Virus record (IMG/VR): IMGVR_UViG_3300032322_001781
Reading direction: 5' to 3' (one strand)
DNA length: 64,000 nt
DNA from: a virus
Taxonomy: Duplodnaviria; Heunggongvirae; Uroviricota; Caudoviricetes
In this document: positions 29,725 through 38,835 of the stretch, in pieces
Layout: every line of letters begins with the position of its first letter
How positions within the stretch are numbered: position 1 is the stretch's first letter
Position numbers and translations under genes: made by a program
The notes under the pieces: generated by a model
Seen by the model: only the letters and a program-made list of their open reading frames with translations
The model's database searches: none
What the model was told of the DNA's origin: nothing

Positions 29725-30145
29725 AAAAGCTTATTATGAATACAACATTTTAGAAAAAGTTATTGCAGGTGTTCAACTTAAAGGTTCTGAAGTTAAGTCA
29801 GTTAAATTAGGTAATGTGACTATAAGTGAGTCTTATTGTTTTGTTTTAGATAATGAGATATTCATAAAGAATATGCATATATCAGAACATAAACAAGGTG
29901 GTATTTATAATAATCATGAACCTTTGCGTGATAGAAAACTTTTATTAAGAAAAAAAGAGATTTTGACATTAAATGAAAAAGTTAAACAGAAAAGTTTGAC
30001 TATTATACCATTGGCTGTTTTTTTATCAGAAACTGGTTATATAAAAATCGAAATTGGTCTAGCTAAGGGTAAGAATACTTACGACAAAAAAATGTCACTT
30101 AAAATAAAGACATTAGAAAAAGAATTAAGAAAAGATTTAGATTAA
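29699..30145 (+). CDS. smpB: SsrA-binding protein SmpB
   Basis: Collinear with SmpB: KNKKAYYEY.I......G..L.G.EVKS...G...I..SY......E......HI.E...G.....NHEP.R.RKLLL.K.EI..L..K....GLT..PL......G..K.E..LAKGK...DK. Confidence 0.9.
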   Translation: MSKLIVKNKKAYYEYNILEKVIAGVQLKGSEVKSVKLGNVTISESYCFVLDNEIFIKNMHISEHKQGGIYNNHEPLRDRKLLLRKKEILTLNEKVKQKSLTIIPLAVFLSETGYIKIEIGLAKGKNTYDKKMSLKIKTLEKELRKDLD

Positions 30146-30157
30146 AAATTAACATAT

Positions 30158-31054
30158 ATGAAGCAACTTGTAATAACAAATAGACTTACTAATAGGGAAA
30201 ATGAATCATTCAAACAATATCTTAAAGATATCGCTGAAATTGATGTATTCACTCCAGAGGAAGAAACTATTTGTGCTGAAAAGGCTAGTCAGGGTGATGA
30301 AGAAGCGATAAAAGAATTGGTGAGAAGAAATTTACGTTTTGTAGTATCGGTAGCCAAACAATACGCAACATCTCAAAATCCATTGCAAGACCTTGTGAAT
30401 GAGGGAAACATAGGACTTATTATTGCGGCTGAAAAATTTAACCCAAAAATGGGTTTTAAATTTATTTCTTATGCTGTTTGGTGGGTACGTAAAATAATAA
30501 TGGAACACCTTTCAAAACATGGTCGTTTAGTTAGATTACCAGCAAATAAAATAAATAGTCTATCAAAATTAGATAAAGAAATGTCTGTATTAGAACAGCG
30601 ATTAGGAAGAACAGTAAGCGTTCAAGAAGCCATAGATGTATTAGCCAATTCTGGTAACTATGATTTAGTTTCTTTAAAGAAAAAGAGTGAAGAATATGAA
30701 TTTTTAGATGTTTTATCGTCTTATCATATGGATTCATTAGACCGTGATATAGGTGGTGATGATGGAAACGGAACGTTACTATCAGATACTATTTCAGACG
30801 ACAGCATATTTAAACCTACTGACTATGGTATTAACAATGCTGATGTAAAAAATGAAATAAATAAGTTATTAAACACACTGAAACCTAGGGATAGAAAGGT
30901 CATTGTTGCTTTATTTGGTTTGGATGGAAGTATACCTAGAACACTTAAAGATATTGGTGACGAAATAGGTGTTACACGTGAAATGGTTAGACAAATAAAA
31001 GAAAAATGTTTAACTAAAATGCGTAAAAAAATGGAAAACTCTGAAATAATTTAA
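30158..31054 (+). CDS. RNA polymerase sigma factor, sigma-70 family
   Basis: Region 2 (LRFVVSVAKQY, ISYAVWWVRKII) and region 4.2 HTH (LKDIGDEIGVTREMVRQIKEKCLTKMR). Confidence 0.85.
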   Translation: MKQLVITNRLTNRENESFKQYLKDIAEIDVFTPEEETICAEKASQGDEEAIKELVRRNLRFVVSVAKQYATSQNPLQDLVNEGNIGLIIAAEKFNPKMGFKFISYAVWWVRKIIMEHLSKHGRLVRLPANKINSLSKLDKEMSVLEQRLGRTVSVQEAIDVLANSGNYDLVSLKKKSEEYEFLDVLSSYHMDSLDRDIGGDDGNGTLLSDTISDDSIFKPTDYGINNADVKNEINKLLNTLKPRDRKVIVALFGLDGSIPRTLKDIGDEIGVTREMVRQIKEKCLTKMRKKMENSEII

Positions 31055-31371
31055 TGGAAGACTTAATTTTCAATTATTTAAATAAAAATTATAGATTTAC
31101 TTTAGATACTTATGAAAATTTTATTGTAAAAAATAAAATAACTGGTGAAGATGAAAAGTTGTCATCAGTTATTTCATCATTGCATACAATTTTTAACGAA
31201 GAGGAAAACTTTATTATGCGTATTTTTGATAGGTGGGCTGATTACCAAAATGCTTTTCTTTATAATAGAATAACAGACATAAGAGAAAACTTATTAAAAA
31301 ATGGTACTGAAATAAACCTTACTGTTGATGAAATTGTATCATACATACCACATGAAAACAATCAAGCATAG
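31054..31371 (+). CDS. hypothetical protein
   Basis: ORF start overlaps sigma gene stop. Confidence 0.4.
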   Translation: MEDLIFNYLNKNYRFTLDTYENFIVKNKITGEDEKLSSVISSLHTIFNEEENFIMRIFDRWADYQNAFLYNRITDIRENLLKNGTEINLTVDEIVSYIPHENNQA

Positions 31372-31450
31372 GTCATGTACACATTTGAGTACATAAACAA
31401 AATTAGAAGTTTTAAATATTTTCAGATATTTATTATTAAGTTTAAAACCT

Positions 31451-31798
31451 ATGGAAAAGAGTAAAATAAAAGAATTATTGAGAGAAACTTTTACACAACC
31501 TATTCTAGAAAAAGAAGAAAAGGATAGCAACAGTGAAAAGGAAAAATCAAAAGGTACCGAAAAAGACTACGGTGAAGTCACTAGGAAACTTGACGGAACC
31601 ATGTTAAAGGCTAGTCAAGTAATGGCGGCTGCTGGTTTGGGTAACCCAAAAAATGCAACAGATAGGTCTCTTTTCAGCAAAAAAGTAAGGCGTGAAAAGA
31701 ATGAAGAAGGGGGTGTTTACCAATTCAATGATGAGGAATTGGCAAAGATTGTGAAAATAATCAACAACCCAGCAGCTTATTTAAATGTAAAAGCATAA
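31451..31798 (+). CDS. hypothetical protein
   Basis: ORF. Confidence 0.4.
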   Translation: MEKSKIKELLRETFTQPILEKEEKDSNSEKEKSKGTEKDYGEVTRKLDGTMLKASQVMAAAGLGNPKNATDRSLFSKKVRREKNEEGGVYQFNDEELAKIVKIINNPAAYLNVKA

Positions 31799-31932
31799 CT
31801 ATAACCTCCATAAAAATATGGGTTTATTATTTTAATTAACTTCATACAATTTTTTAGAAGTCAAAGGTACGAATTATTTTTGATAAAAAAATATTTTGTA
31901 AAATTTTGTAGTTTGAAAAATTTTTACTACTT

Positions 31933-32535
31933 TTGTCTAAAATAATTAAAATGGCGATAGAGATTCAAAAGATTTACGAATTAGAATACAATGAAGTTTT
32001 AGCTATATCTGTAATTGAGTCAGATGAAGATTTGCGTTCAATATTTTGCGATGAAATAAAATTACCTTTTAACATGGTAAGGACATTATCAATTGAAAAC
32101 AAATTAAATGATGAGGCTAAAAACCTTATAAAACAATTATTTGACAAAATTATACTCACCAAAGAACAACTTTGCGAAAAGTATAAAAGATTATCTCATC
32201 AAAATATTGCTGAAGACAAGCAAATCGAAGTAGTCAAAGAGGTTGTTGTTGAAACAAAGACAGAAACACCAAAAAAAGTCAAAGCTTTACCTAGAAGATA
32301 CGGTAAAGTTCAAATAAACAAGGATGTTCAAAAACAAGGTGGGAAACCCACCAATGCTCAATTAACAGCTTTGGCTGTAAATGATTTGAAAAACTTGTAT
32401 GTTAATCTTAGTAATAAAATGATTCATGATATGTTGAGTGGTTCACCTTTGTTAAGCGATGAAGAATATAGAGAAATCAGGTCAACAATCACCATATTGA
32501 AAAATAAAATGAAACCCATACTTAAAAAAAAATAA
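31933..32535 (+). CDS. hypothetical protein
   Basis: ORF. Confidence 0.45.
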   Translation: MSKIIKMAIEIQKIYELEYNEVLAISVIESDEDLRSIFCDEIKLPFNMVRTLSIENKLNDEAKNLIKQLFDKIILTKEQLCEKYKRLSHQNIAEDKQIEVVKEVVVETKTETPKKVKALPRRYGKVQINKDVQKQGGKPTNAQLTALAVNDLKNLYVNLSNKMIHDMLSGSPLLSDEEYREIRSTITILKNKMKPILKKK

Positions 32536-32541
32536 TTTAAT

Positions 32542-32919
32542 ATGGGAAAAATTAAAGTTCGTTATAATCTAGGTAGGGGTGTTAATTATATGAAGTGGAA
32601 AATTTCCTATCCAGACGGAAAGGCTGAATATTATAATCCAACTGAAGTTCAATTGGTAATTAAAAAACCAAAAATTAAGAACAATAAGCGTCTTGCTAAT
32701 AAAATATTTGAAGGTGGTTCAAAAGTTGTATGTGCGTGGATTGTTTGTGAAGATATCCAAATTATAACTCAAAATTTTAATCAATCAGATTTACAAGGTA
32801 AACGAATTAGTTATAACCCACGTATTCACCCTAATTGGTCAATGGATGGGGTTAATATAGATGAATTTGAATTTAATCTGATTGAAAGTTTTGATTATGG
32901 GTTATATGTAATGGATTAA
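32542..32919 (+). CDS. hypothetical protein
   Basis: ORF. Confidence 0.45.
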   Translation: MGKIKVRYNLGRGVNYMKWKISYPDGKAEYYNPTEVQLVIKKPKIKNNKRLANKIFEGGSKVVCAWIVCEDIQIITQNFNQSDLQGKRISYNPRIHPNWSMDGVNIDEFEFNLIESFDYGLYVMD

Positions 32920-32924
32920 AATAT

Positions 32925-32955
32925 TTGGTAAATTAAAAAATAAATAGTACCTTTG
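32925..32955 (+). promoter_or_regulatory. Bacteroidetes-type promoter
   Basis: TTTG ... TACCTTTG. Confidence 0.55.
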
Positions 32956-32974
32956 TATAACTAAAAATAATAAA

Positions 32975-33253
32975 ATGGGAAAAACTACTAAAGAAAGTGA
33001 AAACAAACATTTGACCAAAATGTTGGAAACTATGAATAAAGCAATTGCAGATGGTCAAAAAAGTGTGATTGTTTTTACAACCAAAAGAAAACATTATAAA
33101 ACAAATAAATCTAGTCCATACGGTTTTAGTTCTGAGGACCTTAAGTCTAAGTTTTACGAAGCATATAAATACTTTTTATGCCAACATGATGTAACCACAC
33201 GTCTTTTAAATCCAAATGAGTTATCTGTTGAATGGGTGGTTAAATTGCGTTAA
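32975..33253 (+). CDS. hypothetical protein
   Basis: ORF. Confidence 0.4.
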   Translation: MGKTTKESENKHLTKMLETMNKAIADGQKSVIVFTTKRKHYKTNKSSPYGFSSEDLKSKFYEAYKYFLCQHDVTTRLLNPNELSVEWVVKLR

Positions 33254-33256
33254 AAC

Positions 33257-33589
33257 ATGGCAAAATTAAAACAATTCGACTTAACCCATTATTACAGAGG
33301 TATTGAACTTCGTGTAATTTGTGTTACAAGTTCGCAAAAGAAATTTGCCGAACTTACGAAAACTTCACCCAATAACATCAAGAACTACGCTCATTATTAT
33401 GAGCCAAGGAATCAAGAATGTATTGATAACCCAGACACCTTGTTTGCTGAAATAGGACTAGGTGGTGAGGGTATATATGTATTTGAACGCAACAAGATAT
33501 TACCATATACAGAGTATATGGCGATGATTGATAAGCACAGAGAAACATATGGTTCTTATCGTGATTATCTCGAAAAAACTGGTAAATAA
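33257..33589 (+). CDS. hypothetical protein
   Basis: ORF. Confidence 0.45.
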   Translation: MAKLKQFDLTHYYRGIELRVICVTSSQKKFAELTKTSPNNIKNYAHYYEPRNQECIDNPDTLFAEIGLGGEGIYVFERNKILPYTEYMAMIDKHRETYGSYRDYLEKTGK

Positions 33590-33599
33590 ATTAATTTAA

Positions 33600-34073
33600 A
33601 TGAAATTTTACAATACACGAAAAACTTCATCTGGGCAATATTGGACAACTGAGTTCTCTGCTAATGAAATGACAAATATAAATGTCATAACATTAGTTAT
33701 AGTGTCATGCATATTAGCTCCGTTAGCGGCAATAGCTTCAGGTATATTGGCTCTTGTAACCATTCATGATTTGGAAGATGAAGGGGCGGTCCCAAGCATA
33801 TTCGGGGTCTTAATAAGTGTGATATTTTTATTGGATATATATTATCATTTTATCATAAGGGTTATTCTCTATATCATGTTTGGTGAGCAATGGATTAAAG
33901 TATTTTATGATTTGAATGTTGCTTATATTGCGGCACATATATTTTTGATATTTTTTGGTCGATTTACTTATAATCGTACTGGAGAAAAAAGTGTATTGTT
34001 TATTATTTGTGCAGCTATTGGGGTTATAGTTTATTTTATATCCAGTGCATTGATTACAATAAAACCTTATTAA
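33600..34073 (+). CDS. hypothetical membrane protein
   Basis: 4 predicted hydrophobic helices. Confidence 0.45.
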   Translation: MKFYNTRKTSSGQYWTTEFSANEMTNINVITLVIVSCILAPLAAIASGILALVTIHDLEDEGAVPSIFGVLISVIFLLDIYYHFIIRVILYIMFGEQWIKVFYDLNVAYIAAHIFLIFFGRFTYNRTGEKSVLFIICAAIGVIVYFISSALITIKPY

Positions 34074-34085
34074 TAATTAAAAAAC

Positions 34086-34379
34086 ATGAAGATAAATAAA
34101 AGTATATTGGATATGTCTGATGTGTATTGTAAACTATCTCATTTTGAAACTATTTGTTTTTTAGATGAATTACTTATTATGCAATATGAGTTAGAAGATT
34201 TATTAGATGAGTTAACAAATGATATGAATAATTCATCATTAATTGTTGAAATTGAAGGGGAAATAGCTTATCTTAAAGAAAACATAAGAGTTGTTGAAAA
34301 CGCTTTATTATGTCATGAATCAAAAATAACAAAAAGGTTCAGTATATCTGGTGAAATTAATTATATTTTTTTTAATTAA
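34086..34379 (+). CDS. hypothetical protein
   Basis: ORF. Confidence 0.4.
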   Translation: MKINKSILDMSDVYCKLSHFETICFLDELLIMQYELEDLLDELTNDMNNSSLIVEIEGEIAYLKENIRVVENALLCHESKITKRFSISGEINYIFFN

Positions 34380-34389
34380 CGTTTTGCAG

Positions 34390-34416
34390 CTATGCGCTCG
34401 TTTTAATGGCGCATAG
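34390..34416. repeat. hairpin with conserved loop TCGTTTTAATG (stem ctatgcgc/gcgcatag)
   Basis: Member of loop-conserved/stem-covarying hairpin family (see 43023, 44621, 44949, 44352). Confidence 0.6.
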
Positions 34417-34470
34417 GTGCTGTTATAAGTAGTTGCGGATTATTAGTAAAAACTTCAAAATAAAAAGAAA

Positions 34471-34680
34471 ATGATAGAAAATTTAAAAGCAAGATTTAAA
34501 GCCCAAAAGTATAATATTTGGACTGAACAGATTGACCCCAAAAGAAAAGCCGATAGTTGGTTTACTGGTTATTGGTATGCAAATGGTAAATTATACTATG
34601 GGCATCCTTTACTCATTTTCTTTTTATCATCACAAAATGATTGGTTTAAAGACAAATGTCCAAACGGAGACAAATGGTAG
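34471..34680 (+). CDS. hypothetical small protein
   Basis: ORF. Confidence 0.3.
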   Translation: MIENLKARFKAQKYNIWTEQIDPKRKADSWFTGYWYANGKLYYGHPLLIFFLSSQNDWFKDKCPNGDKW

Positions 34681-34687
34681 CAATTAC

Positions 34688-34783
34688 TTATAACGGTTGA
34701 GTGTATGAGTAGTGTGGCTTTGCACATACTTTCAACTAACAGATAAACTTATTTAGCCACATTACTTATACACTTTGTTATAG
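34688..34783. mobile_element. MITE-like palindromic element (TATAAC...GTTATA termini, ~30-bp imperfect TIRs)
   Basis: Start ttataacggttgagtgtatgagtagtgtggct vs reverse complement of end acctataacaaagtgtataagtaatgtggct. Confidence 0.55.
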
Positions 34784-35195
34784 GTATGTAAAACAACCGA
34801 TATGAAAAAGAAGATAATAATTTCAATTTTAGGATTATGTTTATTAATGGCAATACACGCTTCAATAAATATTTTCTTATTACATAGAGAAATGGAAAAG
34901 ACTATGATAATGATGCCAATATTTACAATGGTTTATATTGGATACATTCAAATAGTAATAAGAAAATATTTAAAGTTGTAGGTTGTTTTATTACTTATAA
35001 CGTTTTGCGTGTATATGTCAGGTGGCGATTAGAAGCACTACGCTTGATTATACCACAAAAGTTTGATAGAATAACAAATGTTGAATAAACCACAGAACCG
35101 CCACTTGCATATACACGCTGTTAGTTGCAGTTGCGGATATTACCACAGAACTTCAATCGAAGCACTAAGACATTTTTATTCTTTTTGTGCGGTTA

Positions 35196-35474
35196 CTAAA
35201 ATGTATCCATTAATGCACCCCAATTAGGACCGCTTGATACTGGCTCAACCTTTATACTATTAATATCAAGATGTCTAAAATTAGGTGATTTAATATCAAT
35301 AGTATTTAAATGTTTTTCAGCTTCTTCTTTACTATTATATAATAAATCAGTTAAATATAATGTACCACCTCTCGTGTCCTTTCCTATAATCCACCATTTT
35401 TTGCTTTCTTCTTCCTTAATAATCTGTTTTACTAAAGTTCTTAATTCATTTAAAATATTTTTTTTTGTTGCCAT
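35196..35474 (-). CDS. hypothetical protein (only convincing minus-strand gene; divergent from integrase)
   Basis: 92-aa ORF in repeat-dense integrase-proximal region. Confidence 0.45.
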   Translation of the reverse strand: MATKKNILNELRTLVKQIIKEEESKKWWIIGKDTRGGTLYLTDLLYNSKEEAEKHLNTIDIKSPNFRHLDINSIKVEPVSSGPNWGALMDTF

Positions 35475-35671
35475 AATATTTTATATTTACATATAAATAT
35501 GCAGAAAATTTGTTTTTTCAAAATTTTTTTAGTAATTTTGTGGTGTGGGGATAAAAAAAAGAATAAAAATGTTTCCATAAATGTTAAATTGGAAGATGAA
35601 CTTAGCAATTGCAACTAACTATTATATAGATGTACCTTTTTAAAACCAATTAATTATCAATGTTTTAGAAC

Positions 35672-36472
35672 ATGGAAAAAACAAATTATTACGAAATTTG
35701 TAAACAAAAATTGAAGTATTTGAACTATTCAGAAAAGACAATAACAAATTATCTTTTCCATATAAATCAGTTTTTGAATAATTCCAACGTATCTCCAACC
35801 AGATTACAATCCAAGGATTTTCAGTCATATTTGGATAACTATAAATTCAGCTCCACATCTCAACAGAACCAAATAATAAACTCAATTCGTTTTTTATATA
35901 AATTTGGGTTGAATAAGAAATACGACAAGGTTTCTTTCAAGAGACCAAAATCTGAGAAGAAACTACCTAGAGTAATTGATGGTGATTGCATAAAAGAAAG
36001 ATTGAGTAAGATTGAAAATCTAAAACATAAATCAATCCTAACTTTAACATATTCTGTTGGATTGAGAGTCTCTGAGGTTGTAAATTTAAAGATTGATGAT
36101 ATTGATTCCAAAAGAATGTTAATTCACATTAAAAACGCTAAAGGTAGAAAAGATAGAATAGTTCCCTTATCACCAAATGTTCTTAATTTGCTTAGAGAGT
36201 ACTTCAAAGAATATAGACCTTCCGAATATCTTTTTAATGGCCAGTTTTCTTCCCAGTATTCGATAGGTAGTTGCCAGAAAATATATAAGAAATATATTGA
36301 GAACGATGGACATATCCACACTCTTAGACATAGTTGTGCAACCAATCTATTGGAAAAAGGTACTGACCTAAAATTAATCCAGAAGATTTTAGGTCATTCA
36401 AGTGTTAAAACAACTGAAATATATACCCACGTTTCAAATCAATTATTAAGTAAAATTGAACTTCCTGTATAA
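35672..36472 (+). CDS. tyrosine recombinase / phage integrase (XerC/D family)
   Basis: C-terminal catalytic region LRHSCATNLLEKGTDLKLIQKILGHSSVKTTEIYTH (R..H-x-x-R...Y), upstream R (GLRVSE) box. Confidence 0.85.
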   Translation: MEKTNYYEICKQKLKYLNYSEKTITNYLFHINQFLNNSNVSPTRLQSKDFQSYLDNYKFSSTSQQNQIINSIRFLYKFGLNKKYDKVSFKRPKSEKKLPRVIDGDCIKERLSKIENLKHKSILTLTYSVGLRVSEVVNLKIDDIDSKRMLIHIKNAKGRKDRIVPLSPNVLNLLREYFKEYRPSEYLFNGQFSSQYSIGSCQKIYKKYIENDGHIHTLRHSCATNLLEKGTDLKLIQKILGHSSVKTTEIYTHVSNQLLSKIELPV

Positions 36473-36476
36473 TTTA

Positions 36477-36508
36477 TTTGGTAATATCAAATATTCTTCT
36501 TACCTTTG
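36477..36508 (+). promoter_or_regulatory. Bacteroidetes-type promoter
   Basis: TTTGG-N20-TACCTTTG. Confidence 0.6.
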
Positions 36509-36531
36509 TATCCTAATCAAAAACAATAACT

Positions 36532-36942
36532 ATGGAAAACATGACAGAACAAGAAATGGAATTTGAACGTCAAGAACGTGAACACCAAAGACTTGAAAAA
36601 GAAATTCGTGATGCCAAAGAAGTAATTGACACACTCGGAAATTACGTTAACTATAGGAGGTCTAGCAAAGCCTTTGCTGAAGCATTCAAACGTGAGCATC
36701 GCACCCTCCAACAATCAGCCTTTAAAATGTTCTTGGAACTAATGGAAGAAATGGCTACCGAAAACTATCATACAGATGGTCGTAACGAAGATAGCAAGAA
36801 GATGGCTAAAACACTCTTAAAAGGATTTCAACTGGCTAAAAAACAAGAATACATCGAACAAGGTGTCTCAGAACAACGTGCTGAAGAATACGTTACATTG
36901 GGTGATGGTGGCAAACCTAGTAGATATATCCGACATATATAA
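36532..36942 (+). CDS. hypothetical protein
   Basis: ORF. Confidence 0.45.
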   Translation: MENMTEQEMEFERQEREHQRLEKEIRDAKEVIDTLGNYVNYRRSSKAFAEAFKREHRTLQQSAFKMFLELMEEMATENYHTDGRNEDSKKMAKTLLKGFQLAKKQEYIEQGVSEQRAEEYVTLGDGGKPSRYIRHI

Positions 36943-36947
36943 AAAAA

Positions 36948-37289
36948 ATGAATAAAACTTACTTTCGTGTGTGCCACAAAGATTCCCTACAGGGACTTTG
37001 GTATGCTTTTAATGGTGAATTTACTGGACTTATCCATGATAAATTTAAATTCTGTAAAAACACAGAACTGAAAATGGATTTTGATATAGAATTAGTTGGT
37101 TGGCTGTCAGCAGTTGATTCCTTAGAGAAATTATATCATTGGTTTACAGAAGACGATATTCGTAAACTACAAGAACATGGTTGGTTTATCCATGAGTTTG
37201 AAGCTGTGGAAACAAAATTTTATGATAGGTTTCAACATCTAGTTATAAAACAAGATTCTTCACGAGTTATTAACATAATAGAAATTTAA
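36948..37289 (+). CDS. hypothetical protein
   Basis: ORF. Confidence 0.45.
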   Translation: MNKTYFRVCHKDSLQGLWYAFNGEFTGLIHDKFKFCKNTELKMDFDIELVGWLSAVDSLEKLYHWFTEDDIRKLQEHGWFIHEFEAVETKFYDRFQHLVIKQDSSRVINIIEI

Positions 37290-37293
37290 TATT

Positions 37294-37653
37294 TTGACAC
37301 GTATAAATGTTGGGATTCCACCAAAAGAATTAACAAAAAAACACCTCATTGCTGAACATCGTGAGATAAAACGCTTACCTAATTGTGTTTCAAAAGGTAA
37401 ATATAATTTAAAAGGGCAACCAAAAGAATTTACTTTAGGTACTGGTCATGTAAAGTTTTTCTATACTCGGTTAGGTTATCTTAGACAACGATATGAAGAA
37501 TTATACCAAGAATGTGTTGAACGTGGTATAAATGTTCAATATTATGGTAATGCTTGGGATAATGTTCCTGAACATCTAATGGGTAATTATATACCTACAG
37601 AAGAAGATAAACGAATAATAAGAGAACGAATAGCTGAAAGATTAGGAAAATAA
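37294..37653 (+). CDS. denV: pyrimidine dimer DNA glycosylase, T4 endonuclease V homolog
   Basis: Very close to T4 DenV: MTRIN.......L...HL.AE.RE..R........G.......F.LG.GHV.FFY..L.YL..R..EL..EC..RG.N. Confidence 0.85.
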   Translation: MTRINVGIPPKELTKKHLIAEHREIKRLPNCVSKGKYNLKGQPKEFTLGTGHVKFFYTRLGYLRQRYEELYQECVERGINVQYYGNAWDNVPEHLMGNYIPTEEDKRIIRERIAERLGK

Positions 37654-37654
37654 A

Positions 37655-37686
37655 TTTGGTAATCTTAAATTTATTTAATACCTTTG
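37655..37686 (+). promoter_or_regulatory. Bacteroidetes-type promoter
   Basis: TTTGG-N20-TACCTTTG. Confidence 0.6.
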
Positions 37687-37690
37687 CATT

Positions 37691-38071
37691 ATGGAAATAA
37701 ATTTAACACTATACGCTGTTCAAAACGAGAAAGGTCAATTTTTCAGAGCCAAAGGTTATAATGCTTCTGGTAGCACATGGGTTGATGATATAAACAAAGC
37801 CAAAATATATCCTAAGATTGGTGGGGCTAGAGGGACCATAACATGGTTTGCTAACAACTACCCAAAATTTCCAACGCTCAAATTACTTAAACTAACTGTT
37901 AGCAATGTTGAAGAATTGGATGAAACTGAACGTGTAAACAAAGCCAAAGCCAAGAAAAAACGTGAGGAAGCTGAACGTATGAAACGTCAAGCTGAAAGAG
38001 AAATGGAACAAGCCAAAAGACAATTGGCTGAGGCACAGGCAAAAATAAATAAATTGAAAAATAATGGATAA
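37691..38071 (+). CDS. hypothetical protein with KR/E-rich coiled-coil tail
   Basis: ORF. Confidence 0.45.
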   Translation: MEINLTLYAVQNEKGQFFRAKGYNASGSTWVDDINKAKIYPKIGGARGTITWFANNYPKFPTLKLLKLTVSNVEELDETERVNKAKAKKKREEAERMKRQAEREMEQAKRQLAEAQAKINKLKNNG

Positions 38072-38396
38072 ATCACAAATTAAAAAAGGTACGTATGTTC
38101 GTTGGACTGCCGACAGAATGTTTAAATCTTGGGATACTTATGGAATTATTACCAAAGTAACTGATAAAGAAGCCACCATTAAAACCTTTGATGATTTAAA
38201 GGAAACTACTATTTGTATTGAAGGTGAAGCCATGACAGAAGAAGTTAGATGTGTTAGTAAAATAGAAGTTCAAAAGTATATTGATAAAGCTATAATGAAA
38301 CTTAAACATCGTATTGATGAACTTGAACTGGAACATAAGGGGACTATTAGTTCTCTAAATGAGAAGATAAAATTCTTGGAAGAAACTACCTTATAA
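38064..38396 (+). CDS. hypothetical protein
   Basis: ORF. Confidence 0.4.
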   Translation: MDKSQIKKGTYVRWTADRMFKSWDTYGIITKVTDKEATIKTFDDLKETTICIEGEAMTEEVRCVSKIEVQKYIDKAIMKLKHRIDELELEHKGTISSLNEKIKFLEETTL

Positions 38397-38397
38397 A

Positions 38398-38429
38398 TTA
38401 GGTAATGTCAAAATAATTATTTACCTTTG
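38398..38429 (+). promoter_or_regulatory. promoter variant (-33 TTAG, -7 TACCTTTG)
   Basis: ttaggtaa-N20-tacctttg. Confidence 0.45.
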
Positions 38430-38433
38430 CATC

Positions 38434-38832
38434 ATGGATAAACTACAACTATTAGATAAGGTTAAAAATTTACCTAATCTCCAACAATCAGAAAAAGATA
38501 AAATTTTAGGTTGGGTCCAAGCTATGCCTAGTGGAGTAAGTAAAGTAAAACCATCAGTTTATAAAATTGGTGACGTTTTTCTTCACCCAATTTTTTTACA
38601 CCCTTACATCCTGCTTCAAAAAAAAAGAAATGAATGGATTTGTGGGTTACTGACTTCTGAATCAGAATGTAGTGAAATATTAGAACAATGTGAAAGTAGA
38701 TTTTTTGATGTTAATTATTTCACTAAGGTTATTTTTACTGCCAAAGAACCTATAGGTGCTTTTATGGCATCGTATGATAATAACATTCATCTAAAAAAAG
38801 TTTATAAACAACTTAAAGGAATTTTTAATTAA
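38434..38832 (+). CDS. hypothetical protein
   Basis: ORF. Confidence 0.45.
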   Translation: MDKLQLLDKVKNLPNLQQSEKDKILGWVQAMPSGVSKVKPSVYKIGDVFLHPIFLHPYILLQKKRNEWICGLLTSESECSEILEQCESRFFDVNYFTKVIFTAKEPIGAFMASYDNNIHLKKVYKQLKGIFN

Positions 38833-38835
38833 AAT

